DNA of 64,000 nt from Candidatus Hadarchaeota archaeon (lineage in GTDB: Archaea; Hadarchaeota; Hadarchaeia; Hadarchaeales; JAGGTB01): contig CAYLJV010000001.1 in the NCBI GenBank assembly GCA_964384105.1, positions 480,001 through 544,000 on the forward strand, read 5' to 3'. Positions 38,222 to 48,299 of this stretch are shown one piece after another (the stretch's first letter is position 1; each line of letters opens with the position of its first letter). The notes below the pieces were generated by a model. The model was given only the letters and a program-made list of their open reading frames with translations. It was not told the origin of the DNA and did no database searches. Both the position numbers and the translations under genes were made by a program.

Positions 38222-40063
38222 ATGGTTGAAAATAAAGGTTATAGGAAGATAAAAATGAAGAATAAGTTCTACGTTACTACTCCAATATACTATATCAATG
38301 CTGTTCCACATATCGGTCATGCTTATTCGACCATAGCTGCAGATATTCTAGCAAGATGGCATCGACTTACCGGTGATGATGTTTTCTTTTTAACGGGTCT
38401 CGATGAAAATTCTGCCAAAACTGTTGAAGCTGCAAAGGATAGAGGATACGACGATATTCAGGAATATGCCGATTCGATAGCAGATGACTGGTTAGAAGTT
38501 TGGGATGCTTTGAATATCAGCAATGACGATTTTATAAGAACTACAGAGGAACGCCATAGAGAAAACGTGAGAGAATTCATCAATAAACTTCACGACCAAG
38601 GAGATATCTACAAAGATACTTACAAAGGCCTCTATTGTGAAGGTTGTGAGGGGTATTTATCTGAGAACGATCTTGTTGAGGGGAAGTGTCCGTTTCACGA
38701 AAAAGAACCGGTGCAGCTTGAAGAGGAAAATTACTTTTTTAGACTTTCTAAATATGAGGATGAGATCTACGAACATATAAAAAAGAATCCAGATTTTATC
38801 AAACCTAGAGGTAGAAGAAACGAAGTAATTTCTCTTTTGGAAGACGGTCTTGAGGATGTTAGTATCTCTAGACCACATCTTGAGTGGGGTATAAGCGTCC
38901 CTTGGGAAGAAGATCAAACTGTTTGGGTCTGGTTTGACGCTTTGATAAATTATATGGTGCCTGAAGATTATTGGCCGGCTGATTTGCATATCATTGCGAA
39001 GGATATACTTAGATTTCATTGTATTATATGGCCGGGTATACTACTTGCCGCCGGATACGAATTACCCAAAAGAATCTATTCTCACGGTTTCTTGACAGTT
39101 GAGGGAAAGAAGATCAGTAAGTCATTGGGTAATGTAATTGACCCTGTTTACTTATCCAAAAAATATTCTCCTGATGCGCTAAGATATTATTTAATGAGGG
39201 AGAAGACTCTCGGTCAGGATGGTAATTTCTCAGAAAAAGATCTTGTTACGAAATTCAATTCAGAATTAGCTGACGCATTTGGTAATTTTGTACATAGGGT
39301 ATTAACTTTCACATATCAGAACTTTGATGGCAAGATTCCGGAGGGTGAGGAGAATAAGGAGTTTTCTTCCGAGATTCGGAGCAAAGTCGATCAAATAGGA
39401 GAATATATGGAAGAAGTGAAGATCAACCAGGCTTTAGGATTGATTAATTCTCTGGTTAGACGTGGAAATGAGTATTTTCAAGAGTGTGCGCCGTGGAATT
39501 CTAGTGAAGAGGGGGCTTCTAATTGTTTATATAATTGTGTAAATTTGGTTGATACTCTAGCGATCTTGCTTTATCCATTTATACCTGAATCCTCGGAAAA
39601 ATTAGCGCAAATGCTGGATGTTGATTTGATGGATTTCAATTCTCTGAAGAATTTCAGAATTGATTCAGGGCATGTAGTTCAGAAACCGAAGATTCTTTTC
39701 GATAAGGTTGATATAAAGGAGGAAGAGGAGGTGAAAGAGGAGATGATTTCCTATAAAGATTTTCAAAAACTCGATATTCGAATTGGCGAGATCAAGAAAG
39801 TCGAGAATATAGAAGGGGCGGATAATCTGTATAAACTTCAAATCGATGTAGGTGGTAAGACCAAACAGAGTGTTGCGGGTATGAAGGGATATTATCCACC
39901 TGATGAGCTAGAGGGTAGAAAGATTCCTGTGTTAGTTAATCTTGAATCTTCTGAATTGATGGGTGTGAAAAGCGAGTGTATGATACTTGCGGCAGTGGAG
40001 GACGAAGAACCCGTTTTATTGAGGACGGATCGTGAAGTAGAAGTTGGCACTAAGATAGAATGA
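38222..40063 (+). CDS. metG: Methionine--tRNA ligase with C-terminal tRNA-binding (Trbp111-like) domain
   Basis: TTPIYY..PHIGH, single knuckle CEGC...CPFH, VWFDAL, KISKS; likely ATG at 38255. Confidence 0.95.
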   Translation: MVENKGYRKIKMKNKFYVTTPIYYINAVPHIGHAYSTIAADILARWHRLTGDDVFFLTGLDENSAKTVEAAKDRGYDDIQEYADSIADDWLEVWDALNISNDDFIRTTEERHRENVREFINKLHDQGDIYKDTYKGLYCEGCEGYLSENDLVEGKCPFHEKEPVQLEEENYFFRLSKYEDEIYEHIKKNPDFIKPRGRRNEVISLLEDGLEDVSISRPHLEWGISVPWEEDQTVWVWFDALINYMVPEDYWPADLHIIAKDILRFHCIIWPGILLAAGYELPKRIYSHGFLTVEGKKISKSLGNVIDPVYLSKKYSPDALRYYLMREKTLGQDGNFSEKDLVTKFNSELADAFGNFVHRVLTFTYQNFDGKIPEGEENKEFSSEIRSKVDQIGEYMEEVKINQALGLINSLVRRGNEYFQECAPWNSSEEGASNCLYNCVNLVDTLAILLYPFIPESSEKLAQMLDVDLMDFNSLKNFRIDSGHVVQKPKILFDKVDIKEEEEVKEEMISYKDFQKLDIRIGEIKKVENIEGADNLYKLQIDVGGKTKQSVAGMKGYYPPDELEGRKIPVLVNLESSELMGVKSECMILAAVEDEEPVLLRTDREVEVGTKIE

Positions 40064-40120
40064 GATTGGGTACGCCAAGTTCTGAGAGCATTTATTTTTA
40101 ACTTTCTTTCCCTATTTTTT

Positions 40121-40777
40121 GTGGTGAAGTATTTGCATACTTTTGATTTACATGTTCATACGGAAAATTCGGGAGATTCTCCCTGTAGTGTTAGTGACGC
40201 TATAGAAGCGGCAAAGAAAAGGGGATTGAGTGGAATAGCAATCACTGATCACAATTCTGTTTCTGGATTAGAAGAAGCTGCTAAGTTAGTCAAGGGTGAG
40301 GACTTTCTCATTATCCCAGGAATTGAGGTTTCTAGTAAAGATGGGCATATTTTGGGACTTGGAATCGATGAAGTCGTTCCCAGAGACCTACCTGCATCGG
40401 AGGTAGTTGAAAGAATCCGAGGTCTGGGGGGGATAGCAGTTTCTGCGCATCCTTTTGGTCTAGGTCCAAAGCCTTTCTCCTTATTAAAAGCCGATTTTGA
40501 TGCAGTAGAGGTTTTTAACCCTAGAAGGATACTTGGGAATTTTTTAGCGAGCAATTATGCTTCCAAACATGAAATAGCTGTAACTGGTGGATCGGATTCT
40601 CATTTTCGAGAAGAGGTGGGCTTAGCAGGGATTAAATTAGATTGTAAATTAGAGGTAGAAGATATTTTAAAGAAGATAAAACAGGGAAGAGCATCCGTTT
40701 TTGGCCAGCTTCTTCCTCTTTCAGGATATATCCGGAGGCTTCTCTTCAGATTTCCTCTTACAGATAACCAATATTGA
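40121..40777 (+). CDS. PHP-family metal-dependent phosphoesterase
   Basis: DLHVHT, ITDHN, GIEV, AHP, GGSDSH. Confidence 0.9.
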   Translation: MVKYLHTFDLHVHTENSGDSPCSVSDAIEAAKKRGLSGIAITDHNSVSGLEEAAKLVKGEDFLIIPGIEVSSKDGHILGLGIDEVVPRDLPASEVVERIRGLGGIAVSAHPFGLGPKPFSLLKADFDAVEVFNPRRILGNFLASNYASKHEIAVTGGSDSHFREEVGLAGIKLDCKLEVEDILKKIKQGRASVFGQLLPLSGYIRRLLFRFPLTDNQY

Positions 40778-41858
40778 GGTTGATGGGGGCCTCAGCTCTT
40801 TTCGAGCTGGACCCCCTGGAGGAGTTCACCCCTTTGTCGGAGGCTGGACCGAGGAGGTGAGGTGAACTTGCCCCGCTTATTAGTAGGATTGTTTGGAGAG
40901 TTTCTCCAAGATTTCGGTTTATACGTGCCCCAAGAATATTTTGGGTATTAGGATTTACATATTCTTGAACTATTTCTCCTATTCTATTCGCTTCAGCAAT
41001 ACTGACATTTGATCCTGATACGTGCATTATCACACCTTTTGCTGTTGAGTAGTCGATATCTCCCAAGAGAGGACACTCTAGGGCTTGAAGTACTGATTTT
41101 TCAGCTCTATTTTCACCTTTTGCTTCACCAGTTCCTACGAGCATTATACTTCCCTCTTCCATGATGGCTCTTACGTCGGCAAAGTCCAGATTTATCAGAC
41201 TTGGGGCCATTATCGTTTCTGCTATTCCTTTCACCATTTGGGATAATACCTCATCCGCCATGGTGAATGCGTACCTCATTGGAAGGCCGGAAGCCATGTC
41301 TGAAAGGCGATTATTATCTATAACTATGACAGAATCCGCATATTTTCTGAGTTTTTCTAATCCATTTTCAGCCGTTTCTGTTTTCTTTTCTACTTTGAAT
41401 GGCATTGTTACTACTCCCGTTACCACTGCACCTTCTTCTTTTGCTATCTTTGCCAGTATAGGTGCGCCACCTGTGCCTGTTCCTCCACCTAGACCACAGG
41501 CTAAGAATACTAAATCTTGTCCTTTGAATAGATCTCTGAGCTCTTCTTCTGCATTTTCAGTAGCTCTTTCGCCAATTTCAGGGAATCCACCGGTTCCTCT
41601 TCCTTGAGTTATCTCCTGCCCTATTGCTATTTTTTTGTTTGTTTTCACATGCTTCAGATGTGTCTGGTCTGTATTTATCGCGACCATCTCCACTTCAGGT
41701 ATTCCTTTTGCCGATAGTCGGTCTACAGTGTTATTTCCTCCTCCCCCTATTCCTGCTACCAATATTTTCGGTTTGTGGGAATGAAGTTCATTTTCAGTTA
41801 TGGAAGTGTGAGAAGCTTGATTGGTTCCTTGCATGACAGCTTGAAGCGGGCTTTTCAT
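40758..41858 (-). CDS. ftsZ: Cell division protein FtsZ (FtsZ2-like by context)
   Basis: GGGGNN, AINTD, GGGTGTG, IDNNRL, T7 loop NLDFAD. Confidence 0.95.
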   Translation of the reverse strand: MKSPLQAVMQGTNQASHTSITENELHSHKPKILVAGIGGGGNNTVDRLSAKGIPEVEMVAINTDQTHLKHVKTNKKIAIGQEITQGRGTGGFPEIGERATENAEEELRDLFKGQDLVFLACGLGGGTGTGGAPILAKIAKEEGAVVTGVVTMPFKVEKKTETAENGLEKLRKYADSVIVIDNNRLSDMASGLPMRYAFTMADEVLSQMVKGIAETIMAPSLINLDFADVRAIMEEGSIMLVGTGEAKGENRAEKSVLQALECPLLGDIDYSTAKGVIMHVSGSNVSIAEANRIGEIVQEYVNPNTQNILGARINRNLGETLQTILLISGASSPHLLGPASDKGVNSSRGSSSKRAEAPINLNIGYL

Positions 41859-41910
41859 TTTGACCCTCCAACTATTCTAATTCTAGAAATATTACTCACT
41901 TATTTTCCCC

Positions 41911-42129
41911 CTAGTTTGAACTAATATAGCCCTCTTCTTCAGCTTCTTCTGCTATTTTCAGTAATTCCTGCCGCTTCTCGATATTATCGTTCAACCATGA
42001 TTGGATAATATTTCTGATAACTTCACTTCTGGTGTTTCCATAAGCGCCAATGAGGTCATCGACTATTTTGAGTTGCACTCCACCTAGAAAGACCCTGACC
42101 TCGGCTTTTTTTGTCTTTTTTTCGGGCAC
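41911..42129 (-). CDS. Small ribbon-helix-helix (CopG/CdrS-like) regulator
   Basis: Beta strand EVRVFL then helices with YGNTRSEVIRNII; immediately upstream of ftsZ; GGAGG SD. Confidence 0.8.
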   Translation of the reverse strand: MPEKKTKKAEVRVFLGGVQLKIVDDLIGAYGNTRSEVIRNIIQSWLNDNIEKRQELLKIAEEAEEEGYISSN

Positions 42130-42149
42130 CTATTCAAACCTCCGACTTT

Positions 42150-42182
42150 CAGTAAAACTGCATTATAACGTCAGTCTTACTG
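42150..42182. promoter_or_regulatory. Twin palindromic operator sites CAGT-N3-ACTG
   Basis: CAGTAAAACTG 42150-42160 and CAGTCTTACTG 42172-42182, 22 bp apart, downstream of a minus-strand TATA (TTAAATA, 42208-42214). Confidence 0.55.
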
Positions 42183-42315
42183 CACTTAAAATAAGAGTTG
42201 TACACAATATTTAAGGGTTTTGTTTGTTTCTGAAAAATTGACGAATATCTACGTGGAATTAAAAAAGCCATATAAGTGATATTTGGAGATAAACGAATGG
42301 TAAGGTGAGATTAGT

Positions 42316-42564
42316 TTGAATTCTTCAAGAGTTTTAGGTGGGCTTCTTTGTTTAGCCACTGCTGCTGTAGCCGTTCTACATATCTATTTTGGATATGTGG
42401 TTGGTTCGGTTCCACAAGGTTACGCTTTTGCTCTTCCTGTGACTGTATTTGTTTTAGTGGCTACGGGACTAGGTTTTTGGTTGGGATGGATCATGGTTAC
42501 TACTAATGAGTCTGCCCCCGCTTCTGCCGATGTTGAGAGGGAACAAAAAGAGTCTGAAGGATGA
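42316..42564 (+). CDS. Small 2-TM membrane protein
   Basis: Two TM segments, ALPV..GFWLGWIM motif; GGTGAG SD. Confidence 0.65.
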   Translation: MNSSRVLGGLLCLATAAVAVLHIYFGYVVGSVPQGYAFALPVTVFVLVATGLGFWLGWIMVTTNESAPASADVEREQKESEG

Positions 42565-42605
42565 AAAATTGCAAAGACTATTTTAAATTGGAAGACGCCT
42601 AAAAT

Positions 42606-44942
42606 TTGGAAGGTGCTAAATTGAACTATAGGAGATTGTTTATCGTCGGGTTCGTTGTGGCCTTGGCTGTCTTTTCGTTTTATCACCTATCAACGGCAGG
42701 TTCTGATTATAGGGTGTTAACAACCTCCGATAGTGGGTTTTTCGAAGGGGTAGCGGAGGGTATCGATGAACAAGATGGTTTCATTGATAAATATGAATTG
42801 TCGCACCCTCCACAAGGAAAGACTATCTCAAAGTCCCAGCAGTTCCAGTCTTTGTTGGCAGTGTCCATATACCGAGGGTTACACGCTTTGGACCCAGGTA
42901 TTTCTTTGTCAACTGTTATTCAATATTTCTCTCCTTTTTTGTTTGCCTTAGCAGTTATTGGAGCTTTCTTAGCAGCTCGTGAGTTAGGTGGAGACTTAGC
43001 GGGTTGCACATCTTCACTTTTAATTAGTACTCTAGTTGGTTCTATTTACTGGACTAAAATTGGTGCATTCGACAGAGAGACAACTTTGATTTTCTTTGGA
43101 GTTTGGATGTTCTACTTACTAGCTAAAATTTACAAAGCTAGGGGAACTGAAATTTTCAAGTACTCTGTTATGACTGGATTACTTTATGGATTATTTCTGA
43201 TTACGTGGTCTGGTGCGCCTTTTATAGCGGTAATCTTTGGTTTGGCTCTGGTTTTGACGGTATTGGAAAAAGCTATTTCTGGTCTGGGCTTGACGGTTAC
43301 AGGTCTTTTATTGTTTGTATTAGGTTATAATTTCTCAGGGTTTGATGTCCCGGAGCTAATTGGTGTATTTGTATTCCTTGCGGGGATTGTGAAGATTGCC
43401 AGGGATTGGGAGTCATTGAAACGAATTGAAAGTAGTTTTATCTCTAGTTTTAGAGATAACTCTTGGTTGATAGCTGGGATTATAGTTATATTTGGCGTGT
43501 CTACTGTTTTTGCTGTGTCATTAGGGGGAAATTCTCCAGACTTCTGGACTGGTATCTTCGGGGAGAGTATACCCGGGTTTTTAGGTGCAGGTGGTGATGG
43601 AGGAGTTTCTTTCCCCAGTATAGCTACGGAGATGGCTGCTGCTCCTTCGAATCCTGGTGGATACTATAGCAATTTAATATCGCAGCTCTATGGTAGTTCT
43701 GCTCTAACAGGAGTTACCCTATTTCTGGTTGCTCTTGCGGTAATTCGGATTTTCATGGAAACTAGGAGACGAGATCTTATGATACTCTCTTGGATTATTA
43801 TTGTAGCTCCAATGCCTCTTTCCCAGGCTCGATTCTTTAGGTTATTCTGGCCCATGTGGCCTGTTTTAGCTGGTATTGGCTTTGCTGCCCTTATTTGGAT
43901 GGGTAGGAAGGCTTTAGCTTCGACTAGTCTCTCGGATTTAAGTTGGGTGAAGAAATTTAGGCACCCGTTAGCTTTGGCTCTTATAGCCACTCTTCTGATA
44001 GTTCCGTTTGTTCAAAATGCTCGTGCGGATATGCATGCGAGTGATACTGTTCCTTATCCCCACGGTGGTTCATTGCCATCTAATTATTATCATTCCTTAC
44101 TCGATAGTTACAATTGGATAGAAGAAAATACTCCCGAGAATTCTGTCATTGTAATACCGTGGTCTTATGGCCACTTTGCGACTGGAGCTACTGGTAGGCC
44201 ATCTGTTACTGATGGTGCACAAACTATGGGATGGCGAGATGAGTGGGAGAACTCACCCGGAATAAAACCACCTGATTACATAAGGTACATCTCCGGTGGA
44301 AAAGGTTACATAGTTGGAAGAAATGCTCCAGTTGAAGCCTATCAGATCAACGGAAGAAGAATAGACGTACAGAGAATGGTAACTATGGGCGATGAAAAAG
44401 AATTTGCTTGGTTAGTGGATACTTACAAGGAAAACTACAACCTGGAAATGGATTACATAGTTTTCAACAATTCCGTTTCAGGTGGAATGACTTCTTTCCA
44501 ATCGTCTTTGCTCTCCTTGTCGGAGAATATGGAAACTACGAATAGTACAGAAGAGAATGGCCGTACGTACACTTTCAAATTCAAGAAAGAGAATATTAGC
44601 TTTGACTTTGCGAATGCACCGGTTACACAAGATAATGAGGAATTAGCTGGTTTCATTTATTATCAGCTACCCCCAGAGGGGTCCAATAGACCTGGAACTT
44701 TGCTGAATTACCATTTCACGGACTCACCCGATAAGTCCAAGATTTTGTGGGTATTTTTCTCAAGCCAGCAACAGATTCAAGGAGCGGGTTTAGCAGATTT
44801 CAAAGGCGTACCGATGTTAGTGAGAGCTTTAAGAGGGTACGACATGCCGGACTATTTGGAAAGTGCTTATAGTAGCCAGTACGGGCAGGCCGAAGTTTAT
44901 AAGATCATTCACGAAAATATTCCCAAGTATCTGCCCGAGTAG
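42606..44942 (+). CDS. aglB: STT3/AglB-family oligosaccharyltransferase-like protein
   Basis: Many N-terminal TMs, early loop Asp (TSDS), FDRE, RF motif, WIEENTPENSVI-PWSYGH...TDG. Confidence 0.8.
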   Translation: MEGAKLNYRRLFIVGFVVALAVFSFYHLSTAGSDYRVLTTSDSGFFEGVAEGIDEQDGFIDKYELSHPPQGKTISKSQQFQSLLAVSIYRGLHALDPGISLSTVIQYFSPFLFALAVIGAFLAARELGGDLAGCTSSLLISTLVGSIYWTKIGAFDRETTLIFFGVWMFYLLAKIYKARGTEIFKYSVMTGLLYGLFLITWSGAPFIAVIFGLALVLTVLEKAISGLGLTVTGLLLFVLGYNFSGFDVPELIGVFVFLAGIVKIARDWESLKRIESSFISSFRDNSWLIAGIIVIFGVSTVFAVSLGGNSPDFWTGIFGESIPGFLGAGGDGGVSFPSIATEMAAAPSNPGGYYSNLISQLYGSSALTGVTLFLVALAVIRIFMETRRRDLMILSWIIIVAPMPLSQARFFRLFWPMWPVLAGIGFAALIWMGRKALASTSLSDLSWVKKFRHPLALALIATLLIVPFVQNARADMHASDTVPYPHGGSLPSNYYHSLLDSYNWIEENTPENSVIVIPWSYGHFATGATGRPSVTDGAQTMGWRDEWENSPGIKPPDYIRYISGGKGYIVGRNAPVEAYQINGRRIDVQRMVTMGDEKEFAWLVDTYKENYNLEMDYIVFNNSVSGGMTSFQSSLLSLSENMETTNSTEENGRTYTFKFKKENISFDFANAPVTQDNEELAGFIYYQLPPEGSNRPGTLLNYHFTDSPDKSKILWVFFSSQQQIQGAGLADFKGVPMLVRALRGYDMPDYLESAYSSQYGQAEVYKIIHENIPKYLPE

Positions 44943-44951
44943 GTGATTTAT

Positions 44952-46214
44952 ATGCAAAGACCAAGAGGAACCAGAGATTTATACGGAGATGAACTTCGAA
45001 GGATTCGGAGGGTACAGAAGGGGTTGGAAGAGGTATTCAAGCGTTATGGTTATGATGAGATAGAGACGCCTATTTTTGAAAATCTGGAATTGTTCACTAA
45101 GAAGAGCGGGTCCGAAATAATGGACCAAATCTATCATTTTGAAGATAAATCTAAGAGAAAACTTGCTTTAAGACCCGAGTTGACCGCCCCGGCTATTAGA
45201 CTGTATAATAACGAACTCAAAAGTAGGCCTAAACCTTTAAAAATATATTATTTTGGTCACTGCTTCAGGTACGAGAGACCCCAAGCCGAACGATGGCGCC
45301 AATTTTTACAGGCAGGAGTTGAATTGATTGGTTCCGACCGGCCCGAATCAGATGCAAGTGTCATTGCTTTAACAAATGATTCCATTAAGGAGCTGGGGCT
45401 AGAAAACTGTGTTCAGAGAATAGGTCATATTGGTCTTCTGAGAAAGGTTTTGGATTACGGAGGTGTTTCTCGAGATAATCAGGATCCAATTCTGAGAGAG
45501 ATAGATAGTAGGGACGAAGAGGGTTTGAAAAAAGAACTGGAAGAGAAGAATGTTAATTCTGATGTTCGAGAAAAAATCTGGTCATTAATAGATCTTAGGG
45601 GGGGTCCTGAAATGGTTGAGGAGGCCGAAGAACTGCTAGGGATGGTACCTGGAACTAATAAGGTTTTCAAAAATTTTCGAGATATACTGAGGAGATTAAA
45701 TCAAATGGGAGTGGAGGATTACGAGATAGATTGGGGAATTGCTAGAGGACTAGAGTATTACACCGGGTCTGTTTTTGAGGTGTATCATGAAGGAGTTCAA
45801 ATCGGTGGTGGTGGTAGGTATGATGGATTGATAGAATCTCTTGGTGGTGAGTTGACTCCGGCCGTTGGTGTGGGTTTCGGCGTTGATCGAATTGCTAGCG
45901 CGATAGAAAAAGAAGATGGTGAACCTAGGAGATATGGCGTTGATGCAATGTTGCTGCCGACTGGCGATGGAATGTTGAGTGAGAGCTTGAAAATGGCTAG
46001 AGAACTGAGAAAAGATGGTTTTGAAATCGACATAGATCTGATGGGTCGAAGTTTGAGCAAGGCCCTTAGCTATGCAGATTCTAGAAAAGCTAAGTATGCG
46101 GTTATCGTTGGCCCAAAGGATATGGCCGAGGGTAGAGTAACTATTAGAAATATGGACAGTGGAGACCAGGAAAGAGTTTTTTGGGAAGCTGTTTCTAAGA
46201 GGCTAAAATCCTAG
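44952..46214 (+). CDS. hisS: Histidine--tRNA ligase
   Basis: PRGTRD, LRPELT, FRYERPQ, RGLEYYTG, GGGRYD. Confidence 0.96.
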   Translation: MQRPRGTRDLYGDELRRIRRVQKGLEEVFKRYGYDEIETPIFENLELFTKKSGSEIMDQIYHFEDKSKRKLALRPELTAPAIRLYNNELKSRPKPLKIYYFGHCFRYERPQAERWRQFLQAGVELIGSDRPESDASVIALTNDSIKELGLENCVQRIGHIGLLRKVLDYGGVSRDNQDPILREIDSRDEEGLKKELEEKNVNSDVREKIWSLIDLRGGPEMVEEAEELLGMVPGTNKVFKNFRDILRRLNQMGVEDYEIDWGIARGLEYYTGSVFEVYHEGVQIGGGGRYDGLIESLGGELTPAVGVGFGVDRIASAIEKEDGEPRRYGVDAMLLPTGDGMLSESLKMARELRKDGFEIDIDLMGRSLSKALSYADSRKAKYAVIVGPKDMAEGRVTIRNMDSGDQERVFWEAVSKRLKS

Positions 46215-46232
46215 TTAGGATGTTGTAGATGA

Positions 46233-46811
46233 ATGCTAAGCGACATTCGGAAAAAGATAAAACCCTTGGTGGAAGCGGCTGCTCGACCTTTTGTTAGGTT
46301 GGGATTTAAGCCAAATCAGATTACCATATTGGGAGTTATTATCGGCATTGTAGCAGGTCTCCTTTTTTCTTTGAATGAGGTTCGTTTTGCTGGTGTTATT
46401 ATATTGTTAGGGGGATTTTTCGACATAATCGACGGCGCTGTGGCTAGGCTTACGGATCAAGTGACTGATTTTGGTGGACTGCTGGACTCTGTTTCTGATA
46501 GGATCACCGATGCAATATTATTTGTGGGAATAATTGCAGGTGGGATTGGTGGCTTATTTGGTTTACCTAGCTGGTTTTTGCCGGTTTTTGCCCTTATTGG
46601 AAGCTATCTAGTTAGTTATACTAGGGCTAGAGCAGAGGCAGCCGGTTCTGGCAAGTTGGATGTGGGTATTGCAGAGAGGGCCGAGAGGTTACTAATTTTA
46701 GCTTTGGGGGCTTTGCTTGGCTTAACGGCTTATGCTGTTTTACTGATAGTTGTACTTACATTTATCACAGTATCTCAGCGTATTTTAGAGTCATATAAAC
46801 GTTTCATATAG
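46233..46811 (+). CDS. pgsA: CDP-alcohol phosphatidyltransferase (archaetidylinositol-phosphate synthase-like)
   Basis: PNQIT, DIIDGAVAR...G.LLDS.SDR, SYTRARAE, ERAER; next to ino1. Confidence 0.88.
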   Translation: MLSDIRKKIKPLVEAAARPFVRLGFKPNQITILGVIIGIVAGLLFSLNEVRFAGVIILLGGFFDIIDGAVARLTDQVTDFGGLLDSVSDRITDAILFVGIIAGGIGGLFGLPSWFLPVFALIGSYLVSYTRARAEAAGSGKLDVGIAERAERLLILALGALLGLTAYAVLLIVVLTFITVSQRILESYKRFI

Positions 46812-46821
46812 TCTCTAATTT

Positions 46822-47163
46822 TCAGCCATAAAGATCGTCTATAAGTTGCTTTAGATACTTTTCCGACTCTCTAAGGATTTTTTTTCCTTTCTCCGTTATT
46901 TTGTAGTATTTTCGTGGTCTACTCTCTTCTTTCTTCCACTCCCCCACTATACAGTCTCCTCGTTCTAGTCGATATAGGACGGTGTAAGAGGATGTAAGGG
47001 GTGGTTCCCAACCAAAACGATTTTCTATTTTCTTGCGGAGTTCGTAAGCGTAGGCTGGTTCTTCTCCAAGTAGTTTTAGAATATAAGGCCAAAGAAGTTC
47101 TTCTCTTGTTTTTTTCTTTAGTCTTTCTATAGGCAATTGACCACATTCAGGGCTTAGCCGCAA
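46822..47163 (-). CDS. PadR family transcriptional regulator
   Basis: YAYELRK, YTVLYRLE, PRKYYKITEKG. Confidence 0.9.
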   Translation of the reverse strand: MRLSPECGQLPIERLKKKTREELLWPYILKLLGEEPAYAYELRKKIENRFGWEPPLTSSYTVLYRLERGDCIVGEWKKEESRPRKYYKITEKGKKILRESEKYLKQLIDDLYG

Positions 47164-47223
47164 AACTTATAAAGGTTTCCGAACTTGTAATATTTCAAGA
47201 CGTGAAATATTTTAGGTGTGGAA

Positions 47224-48297
47224 ATGGGAAAAGTAAACGTTGCTATCGCCGGTGTGGGGAATTGTGCCTCTTCTTTGGTACAAGGTATAGAGTACTATAA
47301 AGATGCCAAAGCAGGAGAAGACGTCCCAGGTTTGATGCATGTTGATTTTGGGGGTTATCACGTTAAGGATATAAATTTCGTCGCAGCTTTTGATGTTGAT
47401 GCGAACAAGGTTGGGAAGGATCTTTCTAGAGCGATATTTACTAAACCTAACTGCACAACTAAGTTTTCAGATGTCTCCGATTTAGGAGTCAAGGTTATGA
47501 AAGGATGTGTTGAGGACGGAATTGGGAAGTATCTGAAAAATACAGTTCCTGTAGATAAAACCGAAGAATGTGTTGATGTTGCTCAAGTGCTTGAGGATAC
47601 AGATGCTGATGTTTTGATAAGTTACATGCCAGTTGGTAGCTACACCGCTTCTCGATACTACGCTAATGAGGCTTTGAAAGCGAACGTTGGTTTTGTAAAT
47701 AGCATTCCTGAGTTTATTGTTTCCGAAGAGGAATGGGCGAATAAGTTTGAAGAAGCTGGAGTACCCTGCGCTGGTGATGATATAAAGTCGCAGGTCGGGG
47801 CAACGATCCTTCATAGGACAATTACCAACTTGCTGAAGGATAGGGGAGTGAGGGTTGAAGAGAGTTATCAGCTTAATGTTGGGGGTAATACTGACTTTTT
47901 AAACATGCTTGAGGAGGAGAGATTAACTTCTAAAAGGACGAGTAAAACTGAGGCAGTTTCCTCTCAGGTTCCTTACGAGGTGCCTCTCAGAATTGGTCCA
48001 AGTGATTATATCCCGTTTTTGGAAGACAATAAAATTTGCTATATATATGTAAAAGGAAGAAAATTTGGTGATGTTCCTTTGACGATAGATGCTAAGCTTT
48101 CTGTGGAAGACTCGCCAAATAGTGCGGGCGTTGTTATTGATGCGGTACGGGCGGTTAAGTTGGCTCAGGATCGGGGAATAGGAGGGCCTCTCACGAGTAT
48201 TTCCGCTTATTCTTTCAAACATCCACCCATTCAGATGACTGATTCGGAGGCAAGATTGGCGGTTGAGGAGTTTATAGAAGGAAAGAGGGAGAGATAA
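47224..48297 (+). CDS. ino1: myo-inositol-1-phosphate synthase
   Basis: [41 protein letters not shown]. Confidence 0.95.
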   Translation: MGKVNVAIAGVGNCASSLVQGIEYYKDAKAGEDVPGLMHVDFGGYHVKDINFVAAFDVDANKVGKDLSRAIFTKPNCTTKFSDVSDLGVKVMKGCVEDGIGKYLKNTVPVDKTEECVDVAQVLEDTDADVLISYMPVGSYTASRYYANEALKANVGFVNSIPEFIVSEEEWANKFEEAGVPCAGDDIKSQVGATILHRTITNLLKDRGVRVEESYQLNVGGNTDFLNMLEEERLTSKRTSKTEAVSSQVPYEVPLRIGPSDYIPFLEDNKICYIYVKGRKFGDVPLTIDAKLSVEDSPNSAGVVIDAVRAVKLAQDRGIGGPLTSISAYSFKHPPIQMTDSEARLAVEEFIEGKRER

Positions 48298-48299
48298 TA

